Of a DNA stretch of 26,836 nucleotides, positions 16,791-26,820 are shown piece after piece. Position 1 is the stretch's first letter; the number at the start of each line of letters is the position of its first letter. Source of the stretch: Candidatus Sulfobium sp. GTDB taxonomy: Bacteria; Nitrospirota; Thermodesulfovibrionia; Thermodesulfovibrionales; UBA6898. The position numbers and the translations under genes are program-made. Below the pieces are notes generated by a model that searched no databases, was not told the origin of the DNA, and saw nothing but the letters and a program-made list of their open reading frames with translations. The DNA is taken from the NCBI GenBank assembly GCA_037380845.1, contig JARRRI010000040.1, positions 7,779 to 34,614 on the forward strand, given 5' to 3'.

Positions 16791-18034
16791 TGGATCCAAA
16801 GAGGGTTGTCATAACAGGCCTGGGGCTTGTCACGCCTCTGGGGGTCGGTGTCGCGAAAAGCTGGAGCGGAATGACCGAGGGAAGGTCCGGTGTAAGGCGG
16901 ATCACGCGTTTTGACGCCTCGGCTTTTCAAACGCAGATCGCGGGTGAGGTGGACGGCTTTGACCCCGAGGACTATATCGAACCTAAAGAAGTCAAGAAGA
17001 TGGACAGGTTCATCCACTTCGGTCTCGCGGCTTCTGTAATGGCAATGGAAGATTCCGGTCTGAAGATAGATGAACATAACGCGCCCAGGGTCGGGGTGTT
17101 TGTGGGGGCCGGCATGGGAGGGCTGCCCGCCATCGAACACTACCATAAGGTACTGATGGAGAAAGGGCCCAGAAGGATCACCCCTTTTTTCATTCCGATG
17201 CTCATCATCAATCTGGCAGCCGGCCAGATTTCGATAAGGTTCGGCGCCAAGGGGCCCAACTCTGCCGTGGCAACGGCCTGTGCCACCGGCAGTCACGCGA
17301 TAGGCGACGCGTTCAAGGTGATACAGCGGGGCGATGCCGACGCCATGATCGCTGGGGGCACGGAGTCGGTGATCACCACGATGGGCATAGGCGGTTTTAA
17401 TGCCATGAAGGCCCTCTCCACGAGGAACGACGCGCCCCAGAAGGCGAGCAGACCCTTCGACAGCGACAGGGACGGCTTTGTCATGGGTGAGGGCGCCGGT
17501 ATTGTCGTGCTGGAGGAGCGTACCCATGCGTTACAGAGGGGGGCGCGGATTTATGCCGAGATAGTGGGATACGGTCTTACCGGTGACGCCTATCATATAA
17601 CTGCGCCGGCACCGGAAGGTGAAGGCGCCGCGCGCTGCATGGCGATGGCATTGAAAGACGGGGGAGTTGACCCCGCGGAGGTAGGTTATATCAACGCTCA
17701 TGGTACGTCGACGAAGTACGGGGACGAAATCGAGTCCGCGGCGGTCAAGACCGTCTTCGGTGACCATGCCTATAAGGTATCGATCAGTTCCACGAAATCG
17801 ATGACGGGCCATCTACTGGGTGCTGCCGGCGGCGTTGAAGCGGTCGTGTCGGCCCTGAGCATTCACGAAGGGCTGATACCGCCGACGATCAATCTGGACA
17901 ACCCGGATCCGGAGTGCGATCTCGATTATGTCCCGCATACTGCACGCAAGGCGGACGTCCGTTACGCCCTCTCGAATTCTTTCGGTTTCGGCGGCACGAA
18001 CGCCTGCCTGCTCTTCAAGAAATCCGAGAGTTGA
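16790..18034 (+). CDS. fabF: Beta-ketoacyl-ACP synthase II
   Basis: [35 protein letters not shown]. Confidence 0.97.
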   Translation: MDPKRVVITGLGLVTPLGVGVAKSWSGMTEGRSGVRRITRFDASAFQTQIAGEVDGFDPEDYIEPKEVKKMDRFIHFGLAASVMAMEDSGLKIDEHNAPRVGVFVGAGMGGLPAIEHYHKVLMEKGPRRITPFFIPMLIINLAAGQISIRFGAKGPNSAVATACATGSHAIGDAFKVIQRGDADAMIAGGTESVITTMGIGGFNAMKALSTRNDAPQKASRPFDSDRDGFVMGEGAGIVVLEERTHALQRGARIYAEIVGYGLTGDAYHITAPAPEGEGAARCMAMALKDGGVDPAEVGYINAHGTSTKYGDEIESAAVKTVFGDHAYKVSISSTKSMTGHLLGAAGGVEAVVSALSIHEGLIPPTINLDNPDPECDLDYVPHTARKADVRYALSNSFGFGGTNACLLFKKSES

Positions 18035-18753
18035 GCCTTCCAGGACCAGACCACGACCTGACCGGCCTCGAACAGAGTCTCGGCTACTCCTTTAAGGACC
18101 GTGGACTTCTCCTGGAGGCCCTAACGCACAAATCCTTTTATCACGAGCACAGAGACCAGGCATCCTCGTACAACGAACGCCTTGAGTTCCTTGGAGATTC
18201 AGTAATCGGTCTGGTAGTCGTAGAATATCTTTTCCATCTCCGGCAGCGGTACAGTGAATCCATCCTGGCAAAGATGAAGTCCTATCTTGTCTGTGAGTCA
18301 GTCCTCGCGGAAATCGCCGTCTCGGTGTCCCTCCAGGATTATGTTTTTCTTGGAAAGGGGGAGGAGTCCAGCGGCGGGAGGGAAAAGAAGTCCATTCTTT
18401 CCGACGCGCTGGAGGCCGTCGTCGGTGCCGTGTACCTGGACTCAGGGTATGAAAGGACCCGCGGGATGGTTGTGGATTTCTTCAGGGTGAAGATAGAGGA
18501 GGCCGTCGAAACGGGAGAGTTTTACGATTACAAGACGGAACTCCAGGAGAAAACTCAGCTGCTGCACGGCGCTCTGCCCGAATACAGGGTCGTAAAACAG
18601 CAAGGCAAAGAACATAAAAGGGTTTTTACCGTGGCGGTATATCTTGAAGGGAAAGAACTCGGTCTGGCCTCCGGAAGCAGGAAGAAGGTGGCCGAGACCC
18701 TGGCGGCCAAAAAGGCCCTGGAAAAGTTGAGGGTGCAGGCTGAGGAAGGCTGA
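18031..18753 (+). CDS. rnc: Ribonuclease III
   Basis: [40 protein letters not shown] dsRBD; probable TTG start overlapping the fabF stop. Confidence 0.96.
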   Translation: MSLPGPDHDLTGLEQSLGYSFKDRGLLLEALTHKSFYHEHRDQASSYNERLEFLGDSVIGLVVVEYLFHLRQRYSESILAKMKSYLVCESVLAEIAVSVSLQDYVFLGKGEESSGGREKKSILSDALEAVVGAVYLDSGYERTRGMVVDFFRVKIEEAVETGEFYDYKTELQEKTQLLHGALPEYRVVKQQGKEHKRVFTVAVYLEGKELGLASGSRKKVAETLAAKKALEKLRVQAEEG

Positions 18754-18843
18754 CGATCCCCTCTGCTTCCGACAGTCGAATAACGCGCCGTTGCCGCTAT
18801 CCAGGCTATTTGATTGTCAAGGTAAAAACAAGTCGAACTTCAT

Positions 18844-18872
18844 TTGACAACCCCTGGATTCTGTGATATTTT
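18844..18872 (+). promoter_or_regulatory. Sigma70 promoter upstream of the MscS gene
   Basis: TTGACA (18844-18849), 17-nt spacer, TATTTT (18867-18872), with extended -10 TG at 18864-18865. Confidence 0.65.
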
Positions 18873-18893
18873 GAGTCATCGACACTGGCGATT

Positions 18894-20057
18894 GTGCATG
18901 AGAACAGAATGATCCCTTCCGCTATAAAGGAGTTTTTCCCGCGGGCCGATGTGTACCTGATCTTAGCGGCCCTGATCGTAACTGTCGTCTATCTGGCCGT
19001 AAGGAAAATAATTCCCCGTATCTTGATTCGGATGTCCGATAAACTGCATCTGGACAAGGGCCTTACTTCTAATTTCAGTCATTACGTGCTCCTGTTTTTC
19101 GGTGTCCTTTATATCATATTCATCGCGGACCTGATTCTCTCCATCCCGGTCGTTTCGAAGTATGCCGAGCCGGTACTGGCTTACCCCATCGTGAGTGTCG
19201 AGGCCCTCCGGTTAAGCCTCGCTTCACTCGTAAAAGGTATAGTCGGTTTTTACGTCCTTCTGGTACTGACAAAGATATTGAGGTCGGCCATTCGAATGTA
19301 CCTGTTCTACAGAAGCCACGGGGCGGACGTGGCGAGTACCGTCGACATACTCGTTTACAACACCGCCATGGTAATCATAGTCATGATCGCCCTTTCAATC
19401 ATGGGAATAAGCTGGAAGGTGCTTCTGCCCGTGGCGGGCGCGCTGGGCATAGGGATCGGCTTCGGCGTCAGGGATATCGCCAATAACTTTGTCAGCGGCT
19501 TCGTCATCCTTACCTCCAGGACGATCAAGAGGGGTGATTGGGTCACGATGGGCGACAACGCCGGGAAGATCGTAGACATAGGCATCAGGACGTCTACATT
19601 GCGTACTGTAGACAATATAGACATAATCATTCCCAACGCTCAACTTATATCAAACCAGCTGATAAACTGGTCTTATACGGACAACATCGTCAGGATCCAT
19701 GTGCCGGTGGGCGTCTCCTACGGAAGCGACGTCAGCCTGGTGAAAGAAACACTGCTGGAGGTGGCGAAGGGCTCTTCCGACGTTCTTGACTATCCTCCTT
19801 CGGAAGCCCGCTTCATATCCTTCGGCAACAGTTCTCTCGATTTCGAGCTGCTGGTGTGGATAGACGTAAAGAAGATCAGGATGCCCCTGGTCAAGAGCAG
19901 GATAAACTACCTTATCTGGGACGCCTTCAAGGTAAAAGGTATCCAGATCCCTTTCCCCCAGCGGGACGTCTGGTTCAAGAACGAACTGAGGATAGGCAGA
20001 GAGCCGGTGTCGCCGGACAATCCCGCGAAGGATACGGACGCCGGAGAACCGGGTTAG
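18894..20057 (+). CDS. MscS-family mechanosensitive channel
   Basis: GALGIGIGFGVRDIANNFVSG, GDWV, IGIRTS, IIPNAQL, VGVSYGSD, IPFPQRD. Confidence 0.93.
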   Translation: MHENRMIPSAIKEFFPRADVYLILAALIVTVVYLAVRKIIPRILIRMSDKLHLDKGLTSNFSHYVLLFFGVLYIIFIADLILSIPVVSKYAEPVLAYPIVSVEALRLSLASLVKGIVGFYVLLVLTKILRSAIRMYLFYRSHGADVASTVDILVYNTAMVIIVMIALSIMGISWKVLLPVAGALGIGIGFGVRDIANNFVSGFVILTSRTIKRGDWVTMGDNAGKIVDIGIRTSTLRTVDNIDIIIPNAQLISNQLINWSYTDNIVRIHVPVGVSYGSDVSLVKETLLEVAKGSSDVLDYPPSEARFISFGNSSLDFELLVWIDVKKIRMPLVKSRINYLIWDAFKVKGIQIPFPQRDVWFKNELRIGREPVSPDNPAKDTDAGEPG

Positions 20058-20236
20058 TCGATTCGGGAGGGAATCCAGGTCTTCTGTCCCGGAGACAATG
20101 GATTTACGACTATTACCTCGCGAATGACGACAGCGGATCTTTTGCGTTGGCCGGCACTTTCCTCTCTTAAGCCTTCTGTGTGTCCCTCGGATTCCGATTC
20201 TTTCATGAACGCAATGAATGAGGTAAGATAAACCCC

Positions 20237-21070
20237 ATGATCGAAGTCGCCGGCCTGACAAAGAATTACGGGGAAATCAGGGCGCTCCACAATGTCTCTT
20301 TTTCGATTGCGGACGGGGAGGTCTTCGGCCTACTCGGGCCCAACGGGGCGGGGAAGACCACTACGATCAAGATACTTACCACGCTGAGCAACCCAGATGC
20401 AGGCAGATGTGTGATCGACGGGTACGACATCTCCGGCAGCCCGCACGAGATAAGAAAAAGGATCGGTGTGGTTCCGCAGGAGAACAACCTGGACAGGGAA
20501 CTGTCTGCCTATGAAAACCTTTTGATTTACGGCATGCTCCATTCGGTGAAGGAGAGAGGACGACGGATCAGGGAGGTGCTCGAAACGGTCGGTTTGTGGG
20601 AAAGAAGGGACTCCGTTGTTCAGCATTTTTCCGGCGGTATGCAGAGACGGCTTATCCTGGCGAGGGCACTCCTTCCCGAACCCTCGGCGCTTTTTCTTGA
20701 CGAGCCTTCCGTGGGCCTCGATCCCCAGATAAGGCGCCACATATGGGACGTGATCAGAAAGATCAGAAAGGACAGAAGGACAGTCGTCATTACCACTCAC
20801 TATATTGAGGAAGCGGAAGCCCTCTGCGACCGTGTCGGAATACTTTCAAAGGGCAGAGTGATCGCCCTGGATGCCCCGGGGAGACTCAAGGAACAGGTTG
20901 GCGATTATGTGGTCGAGTTTGTCGATGAGGACGGCCGGCTGGTACAGCATGTCTGCAGAAGCCGGGCTGAAGCGGATGAAAAAGCCCGGTCCATAGAGAA
21001 GGCGGTGACGATAAGGCAGGCGAATCTGGAAGACGTTTTTATAAAGCTTACCGGAGAGCGTATCGAATGA
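20237..21070 (+). CDS. ABC transporter ATP-binding protein (NodI/DrrA-like)
   Basis: GPNGAGKTT, FSGGMQRR, LFLDEP, TTHY. Confidence 0.93.
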   Translation: MIEVAGLTKNYGEIRALHNVSFSIADGEVFGLLGPNGAGKTTTIKILTTLSNPDAGRCVIDGYDISGSPHEIRKRIGVVPQENNLDRELSAYENLLIYGMLHSVKERGRRIREVLETVGLWERRDSVVQHFSGGMQRRLILARALLPEPSALFLDEPSVGLDPQIRRHIWDVIRKIRKDRRTVVITTHYIEEAEALCDRVGILSKGRVIALDAPGRLKEQVGDYVVEFVDEDGRLVQHVCRSRAEADEKARSIEKAVTIRQANLEDVFIKLTGERIE

Positions 21071-21816
21071 AGGCATTGTCAGGCTGGTACCCCGTCTTCC
21101 TGAGGGAGATGCTTCTGTTCAGAAGGAAGCTTCTGAGACTGAGCTATCTTTTTTCAGCCATGATAGTCCCTCTCATCTATCTTGTTGCCTTCGGGTTCGG
21201 CCTTGGCGGGAGCGTAAAGATCCACGGGACCAGCTACCTGGCTTTTCTCATACCGGGCCTTGTGGCGATGAGCTCGATGAACAACTCCTACACATGGGTG
21301 GCAAGTGCCCTTAACCTTAACCGTCTGTATTTCAAGACCTTCCAGATATTCGTCCAGTCGCCGATTTCGCACTCGGCCATTATGGCCGGAGAAGTACTGG
21401 CCGGGATGGTCAAAGGGCTGTTTGCGTCGATGCTCATAATCCTCGTGGGGTTTGCTACCGCCCCGGGATTTACCGTCACCCCGCTCTTCCTTCTTACACT
21501 GCTGCTCAACTGCTTCCTTTTCGCCAGCCTTGGCATTATTACCGGTATGCGGGCCAAATCTCACGAAGACACCGCCACTTATACCAACTTCTTCATTATG
21601 CCGATGGCATTCTTCAGCGGAACATTCTTTCCGTTGGACAAGGTGCCGATCATAATAAAGGCCATCATTTATATTATGCCGCTCACTCATACCAATATCC
21701 TCATAAGGAAAACGTCCCTGGACGCGGAAGGCCTTGTCTCTCTCGGCGTACTGTGCGCTTACGCCGGGGTAATTTTCTTCTACGGATCGAGAATTATCCG
21801 GAGATACAGCGAGTAG
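21067..21816 (+). CDS. ABC-2 type permease (NodJ/DrrB-like)
   Basis: About 6 TM segments; YLAFLIPG, PMAFFSGTFFP, PLTH; ATGA overlap with the ATPase gene. Confidence 0.92.
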   Translation: MKALSGWYPVFLREMLLFRRKLLRLSYLFSAMIVPLIYLVAFGFGLGGSVKIHGTSYLAFLIPGLVAMSSMNNSYTWVASALNLNRLYFKTFQIFVQSPISHSAIMAGEVLAGMVKGLFASMLIILVGFATAPGFTVTPLFLLTLLLNCFLFASLGIITGMRAKSHEDTATYTNFFIMPMAFFSGTFFPLDKVPIIIKAIIYIMPLTHTNILIRKTSLDAEGLVSLGVLCAYAGVIFFYGSRIIRRYSE

Positions 21817-21969
21817 TTATTCTTGCATCCCCTTTCACCCCTCTCGGTCAAGAGATGGGGATATTTCCTGCCGTAAGCTGATTCTATTCGGTGACCCCGT
21901 TAGATTTTTGAGGCTTGCTTATATTCATCTTTCTTTTGAGGTAGAATTTGATCGTATACGGGACTGCAG

Positions 21970-23082
21970 ATGAAAAAAATCAAAATACGCAAGGGAGACC
22001 TGGAGGAGATCTTCGGGAGGCTGGAGGAAACTCACAGAGTGATCGGTCCGAAGGTCGAAAACAGTGCGGTCGTTCTGGCGGAAATCGAATTCGCGGACCT
22101 TCCGGCAGGTGTGAAGGATCTCCAGTCGCCGGGATGCTACAGGCTGGAAAACAACAAAAGAGAGGATGTCATCTTTTCCTTCTCGCAGGGCCCCCGTTCC
22201 TTCAAGAATTTCCTCAGTCCCTCCATCCAGGAGTTGTCCAGGTTCAGCAGGACTAGAAGGGGGATGACGATGCAGGATATCTCCGTAGAAGAGAGGCCTT
22301 TCGCCTTTGTCGGCGTCAGGGCCTGCGACCTGGCGGCGCTGAAGCTGCTCGATCAGGTTTTCCTCGAGGGACCGGTCGGGGACAAGGCCTATTCCCGGAG
22401 GAGAAGGGACATTTTGATAATCGCCGTCAACTGTCTCAATCCGGGCGGAAACTGCTTTTGCGACTCCATGGGGACCGGCCCCGAGGCGACATCCGGTTTC
22501 GACCTGTCGATGACCGAGATCGGCGGGCATTTTCTCATCGAGGCCGGCACGGCCGGGGGAGAGAGGCTCATTGAAGGAATTCCGGGTGCCTGGGTTACGG
22601 ACGGTGACCTTGAGGAGAAGGCGGCAAAAATTCTGGAATGCAGGAAGAACATCGGCAAATCGATGGAAATATCAGACCTTCCAGGGGTGCTTTACAGGAA
22701 CATGGAACATCCCAGATGGACCGAGATAGCCGACAGGGACCTCGAATGCGGGAACTGCACAATGGTCTGCCCCACGTGTTTCTGCAACTCCACTTACGAC
22801 TTTTTGCCCGCCGCGGAGATTTCGGGCAGCCTGAAGGAGTGGGGTGGCGTCCGGATGAGGAAATGGGATTCCTGCTTTTCGAAGAATTTCGCGAGGGTCC
22901 ACGGAGGCAATTTCAGGAGGTCGAGAAGGGCCAGGTACCGCCACTGGATGACTCACAAGCTGGCATACTGGATAGACCAGTTCGGTTCTCCGGGCTGCGT
23001 AGGATGCGGCAGGTGCATAACCTGGTGCCCGGTGGGACTGGACATCAGCCGTGAGCTTGCGGAGATAAGGAATGTACGATAG
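21970..23082 (+). CDS. hydB: Group 3b [NiFe] hydrogenase (sulfhydrogenase) beta subunit, 4Fe-4S dicluster
   Basis: GVRACD, CFCDSMGTGP, CGNCTMVCPTCFC, RKWDSCF, HWMTHKL, GCVGCGRCITWCPVG. Confidence 0.88.
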   Translation: MKKIKIRKGDLEEIFGRLEETHRVIGPKVENSAVVLAEIEFADLPAGVKDLQSPGCYRLENNKREDVIFSFSQGPRSFKNFLSPSIQELSRFSRTRRGMTMQDISVEERPFAFVGVRACDLAALKLLDQVFLEGPVGDKAYSRRRRDILIIAVNCLNPGGNCFCDSMGTGPEATSGFDLSMTEIGGHFLIEAGTAGGERLIEGIPGAWVTDGDLEEKAAKILECRKNIGKSMEISDLPGVLYRNMEHPRWTEIADRDLECGNCTMVCPTCFCNSTYDFLPAAEISGSLKEWGGVRMRKWDSCFSKNFARVHGGNFRRSRRARYRHWMTHKLAYWIDQFGSPGCVGCGRCITWCPVGLDISRELAEIRNVR

Positions 23083-23905
23083 GTCGGTCCCATTTGAGGC
23101 CGTAATAAAATGGATAAAGAAAGAAACAAGAGACACGGCGACCTATGCCCTGAAGATAAGGAACAGCGAGGTCCAGAAGGCTTACAGGTTTGCGCCGGGC
23201 CAGTTCAACATGCTCTCCTTCCCCGGCATCGGGGAATCGGCCATTTCCATAAGCTCGGGGACGTCGGACCATGATCTCCTGCACACCATGAGGGTTGCCG
23301 GGGACGTTACTACCGCCATATCCAGACTCGGCGCGGGAGACGTCATAGGAATCAGAGGACCTTTCGGGAAGGGCTGGCCCATGGAAGAAGCCGAAAACAG
23401 GGACCTGATGATAATTGCAGGGGGGGTGGGCATAGCCCCTCTCAGGTCCGTGATACGCCACTTCTATGCATCCAGAAAGTCCTGTCCGGGCAAGGACATC
23501 ATACTTTACGGTGTCAAGACTCCCAAGGACATCATTTACAGAGACGAGTTCCCGCGCTACCGGGATGTCTTCCAGGTCTTCCTCACCGTTGACAAGGCCG
23601 ACCCCGAGGAGTACTGGAAGGGTGATGTCGGATTTGTGACAAAACTGCTGGACAAGGTCACTTTCAACCCCCTCGGCACGACGGTCTTCATCTGTGGGCC
23701 CGAGATAATGATGCAGGTTACGATCAGGGAACTGCTTCTGAGGGGCGTTCCGGGGGAAAAGATATTCCTCATCATGGAAAGGAACATGAACTGCGGGATG
23801 GGAGTTTGCGGACACTGTATGTTCGGTCCTAAGTTCGTTTGCAGGGACGGGGCCGTTTTCAGATACGCCGACATCGGGGAATTCATGGGGATCAAGGAGG
23901 TCTGA
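23072..23905 (+). CDS. hydG: Group 3b hydrogenase gamma subunit (FAD/NAD(P)-binding, 2Fe-2S)
   Basis: PGQFNML, RGPFG, AGGVGIAPLR, CGPEIMM, ERNMNCGMGVCGHC...VCRDG. Confidence 0.88.
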   Translation: MYDRSVPFEAVIKWIKKETRDTATYALKIRNSEVQKAYRFAPGQFNMLSFPGIGESAISISSGTSDHDLLHTMRVAGDVTTAISRLGAGDVIGIRGPFGKGWPMEEAENRDLMIIAGGVGIAPLRSVIRHFYASRKSCPGKDIILYGVKTPKDIIYRDEFPRYRDVFQVFLTVDKADPEEYWKGDVGFVTKLLDKVTFNPLGTTVFICGPEIMMQVTIRELLLRGVPGEKIFLIMERNMNCGMGVCGHCMFGPKFVCRDGAVFRYADIGEFMGIKEV

Positions 23906-23906
23906 G

Positions 23907-24671
23907 ATGAAAAGACTCCGTATCGGCGTCTTCAAGTTCACCTCCTGCGACGGATGCCAGCTTTCGATCCTGAACCTTGAAGAGCGGCTTCTCCGGCTTC
24001 TTGATTTCTTCGAGATCGCCTACTTCCGTGAGGCGGCTGACCTGCCGCCCAGGAGACAGTACGATGCGGCGATCGTAGAGGGCTCCATATCGACCCAGTG
24101 GCAGAGGAAGGAAATCATGGAAATTCGCGACAAGTCCCGGTTCCTGATAACCATAGGGGCCTGTGCCACGGCGGGAGGACTTCAGGCCCTGAGAGACTGG
24201 GCAAATGTTTCCGACTATAAGAGGAGCGTCTATCCCTCACCCGACCTTATCAGTGTTTTTGCCATGTCAACGCCTGTGTCGGAACATGCATATGTCGATT
24301 ACGAATTGTGGGGGTGTCCGATAGACAAGAACGCCCTGTCGGAGACGCTCGTTTCACTTGTAATCGGAAAGAGGCCGGGAATTCCTGTTTACAGCCTGTG
24401 CATGGACTGCAAGATCAAAGGCATACCGTGCCTCCTCGTCTCGCGGGCCGAACCCTGTCTCGGCCCCGTAACGAGGACCGGCTGCGGAGTGTTATGTCCT
24501 TCCTTTGGCAGACCCTGCTACGGATGTTTCGGGCCGAGGGACGGCGCCAATATCAACTCTCTCCTTGAGCGTTTCAGGAATATAGGGCTCTCCCAGAAAG
24601 AAACCGTCCTTCTGCTGGACAAGATGAATACTTATGCATACAGGAAGGCCCGGATTGAAGAAGCTCATTAA
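23907..24671 (+). CDS. hydD: Group 3b hydrogenase delta (small) subunit
   Basis: KFTSCDGCQL, VEGSI, GACATAGG, GCP, CMDC, CLGPVTRTGC, CYGCFGP. Confidence 0.9.
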   Translation: MKRLRIGVFKFTSCDGCQLSILNLEERLLRLLDFFEIAYFREAADLPPRRQYDAAIVEGSISTQWQRKEIMEIRDKSRFLITIGACATAGGLQALRDWANVSDYKRSVYPSPDLISVFAMSTPVSEHAYVDYELWGCPIDKNALSETLVSLVIGKRPGIPVYSLCMDCKIKGIPCLLVSRAEPCLGPVTRTGCGVLCPSFGRPCYGCFGPRDGANINSLLERFRNIGLSQKETVLLLDKMNTYAYRKARIEEAH

Positions 24672-25932
24672 ATCAGACTATCTGGCCAGGGTGGAGGGTG
24701 AGGGCGGGTTTACCGTGAGGATCGAGGACGGTAAGATAACGGGGCTCAATGTCCGCATCTTCGAGGCCCCCAGATTTTTTGAATCCTTTCTGGAAGGAAG
24801 GCCGTTCGAGGACGTAGTGGACTTTACCGCCAGGATATGCGGCATCTGCCCGGTGGCATATCAGATGACTTCCGCTCATGCCATCGAAAAGATATTCGGA
24901 GTCGAACCGTCTCTTCCCTTGAGGCAGCTCCGGCGGCTGATGTATTGCGGGGAATGGATAGAAAGCCACGCCCTCCACGTTTACCTTCTCCACGGACCGG
25001 ACTTCTTCGGACTGGAGAGCGCCTTTGCCGGAAAGCAGTACCTCGAAACAGCAAAAAGGGGGATGAAGCTCAAACAGGTCGGAAACGACATCCTTGCCCT
25101 GCTGGGCGGAAGGCCGGTCCATCCGGTGTCCGTGAAGGTGGGAGGGTTCTACAAGGTGCCGGAGAAGAAGACTCTTGACGCCCTGATGCCTGAAATCGAG
25201 AGATGTTACGAAGAATCCCTGGAAGGGATCAAATGGGCATCTTCTCTGCCTTTCAGCAACAGGTCGCGGGAGGCGGAGTTTGTCTCACTGGGGCATCCCC
25301 ACGAATATCCATTCAGTGAAGGTGATATCGTATCGACCGGAGGGCTGAAGATGCCTCCCGGTGAATTTCTGGACATCCTCCAGGAATATCAGACTGAGCA
25401 TTCCACCGCCCTCTATTCAGGTATCAAAAGGGAGTCGTCCGTAAGCCCTTATGTGCTCGGGCCCGTGTCCAGACTCAATCTGAACCATGAAAAACTGCCT
25501 TACGAGATCACGGGGGTCATGAAAGACGCCCGAATAGCGCTCCCCATAACTAATAACGAGATGAGCATCATAGCACGTTCGGTCGAGCTTGCTTATTCGT
25601 TTTACGAAGCAATGAGGATCATCAGGGGATATCAAACTCCCGACCGCTCCTGTGAGGAATTCGAACCCCGGGCCGGAACGGCTGTCTGGGCGACGGAGGC
25701 GCCGAGGGGGACGCTGATCCATCGCTACGAGATCGACGAAAAGGGAAACGTAAAGAAATGCTCGATCCTCCCGCCCACTTCCCAGAACCTAAGTCAGATG
25801 GAGAAGGACATTTACGCTTTTGTCGAGGCCAACATAAATAAACCTTCAGGCTTCATCAGGAAGGAAACGGAAAAGATAATGAGGGCCTACGACCCGTGCA
25901 TCTCCTGTTCCGTGCACGTGGTGCAGGTTTAG
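24655..25932 (+). CDS. hydA: Group 3b [NiFe] hydrogenase alpha (large) subunit
   Basis: ARVEGEG, L1 RICGICP, EAPRGTL, L2 YDPCISCSVH plus 4-residue tail VVQV; probable TTG start at 24655 after AGGAAGG. Confidence 0.93.
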   Translation: MKKLIKSDYLARVEGEGGFTVRIEDGKITGLNVRIFEAPRFFESFLEGRPFEDVVDFTARICGICPVAYQMTSAHAIEKIFGVEPSLPLRQLRRLMYCGEWIESHALHVYLLHGPDFFGLESAFAGKQYLETAKRGMKLKQVGNDILALLGGRPVHPVSVKVGGFYKVPEKKTLDALMPEIERCYEESLEGIKWASSLPFSNRSREAEFVSLGHPHEYPFSEGDIVSTGGLKMPPGEFLDILQEYQTEHSTALYSGIKRESSVSPYVLGPVSRLNLNHEKLPYEITGVMKDARIALPITNNEMSIIARSVELAYSFYEAMRIIRGYQTPDRSCEEFEPRAGTAVWATEAPRGTLIHRYEIDEKGNVKKCSILPPTSQNLSQMEKDIYAFVEANINKPSGFIRKETEKIMRAYDPCISCSVHVVQV

Positions 25933-25941
25933 CGCACAGGA

Positions 25942-26157
25942 CTACTTTTCTGAAAGAAGCCTCTCCACTTCCGCTATCTGTGCCTTCAACGCTTCCCGCT
26001 CCTCTTCCGCCCTGGCAACCGAACTGCCGGGTATGTGGGCGGAGGTGTTGGCGAAGTGGAAGGCCACCGTCTCTTCGAGGTCTTCCAGGTCGGACTTAAG
26101 TCTCCTGATCTCAGACTCAAGTTCGCTCCTGGTCAGCGTTTCATAATCCTTTGACAC
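25942..26157 (-). CDS. Small coiled-coil hypothetical protein
   Basis: SD GAAGGAGG then GTG 26157; two amphipathic helices flanking FANTSAHIPG. Confidence 0.7.
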   Translation of the reverse strand: MSKDYETLTRSELESEIRRLKSDLEDLEETVAFHFANTSAHIPGSSVARAEEEREALKAQIAEVERLLSEK

Positions 26158-26475
26158 GATTCCTCCTTCTGTGGTTATCGGCATTTCTTTTATCCTACCA
26201 GACCTGAAGCGGAATGTTCAAAAGCCTTTAGAATAATAATGATTTCTGTATCCCGAAGAAACAAACATGCGCCGGCGTATCCGGCAGAAACACTCACCTA
26301 TCATCCCAAGGTTAAAGAACCGTATATAAAACAAGGCGTTTTGAATCTCTGTTATCTGAAATAAGTTTTGCGAGTCTCAAAGCGAGATGATCAGATCCCG
26401 GGACGTTTTGTTCGGTCTCCTTGAAGACCGGGCTTGAATGGGGGCCGTCATCCGGGAAGAAAAGATAGAAAGATT

Positions 26476-26598
26476 GTGCATATTGAATGGCGGAAGAAAA
26501 TACGGAGACTGACGGACAGGGAGAAGCACCAGGCGATGACCGTCATCGCGATTGACTACATGCTGACGACTTTCATCCTGGGCCATCTGGCTAGATAG
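26476..26598 (+). CDS. Possible 40-aa small protein
   Basis: Manual translation MHIEWRKKIRRLTDREKHQAMTVIAIDYMLTTFILGHLAR; purine-rich upstream sequence but no clear SD; below the ORF-track cutoff. Confidence 0.3.
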   Translation: MHIEWRKKIRRLTDREKHQAMTVIAIDYMLTTFILGHLAR

Positions 26599-26631
26599 GC
26601 AGTGACGTAGTCCTCTGAGCGCGTGCACTAA

Positions 26632-26760
26632 CCTGGCTGGCGGTTCGGGTATCTTTTTCTGAGCGTGATCCTTCACCAGACAAAAAAGTCCAGCGAGGAA
26701 TAAAAGCCCTGCCGGGGCCTATAGAAAAAGAGCCGACCTAATCCAGGCGCGGGCAAAATT
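26632..26760 (-). ncRNA. Candidate structured small RNA (three-way junction), unassigned
   Basis: Helices close with G-U pairs only on the minus strand; an extended -10 TGTTATACT (26773-26765) lies just upstream. Confidence 0.4.
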
Positions 26761-26783
26761 AAATAGTATAACAAATCATGTAC

Positions 26784-26820
26784 AAAAAAGAACCTGTCAG
26801 AAATGACAGGTTCTTTTTTT
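26784..26820. terminator. Bidirectional intrinsic terminator
   Basis: AAAAAAGAACCTGTCA-GAAA-TGACAGGTTCTTTTTTT: perfect stem, GNRA loop, A- and T-tracts on both sides. Confidence 0.9.

Noticed and set aside
25885..25932. Possible [NiFeSe] hydrogenase
   Set aside because: The L2 motif is DPCISC with a TGC codon; no in-frame TGA.
26377..26760. tmRNA, c-di-GMP-I riboswitch or 99-aa ORF in the right-end intergenic region
   Set aside because: GGGGGCC...CACCA lacks the T-arm and acceptor pairing of tmRNA; AAAGCC...GGCCTA is only a fragment of the GEMM motif; the 99-aa ORF has no SD or protein-like features.
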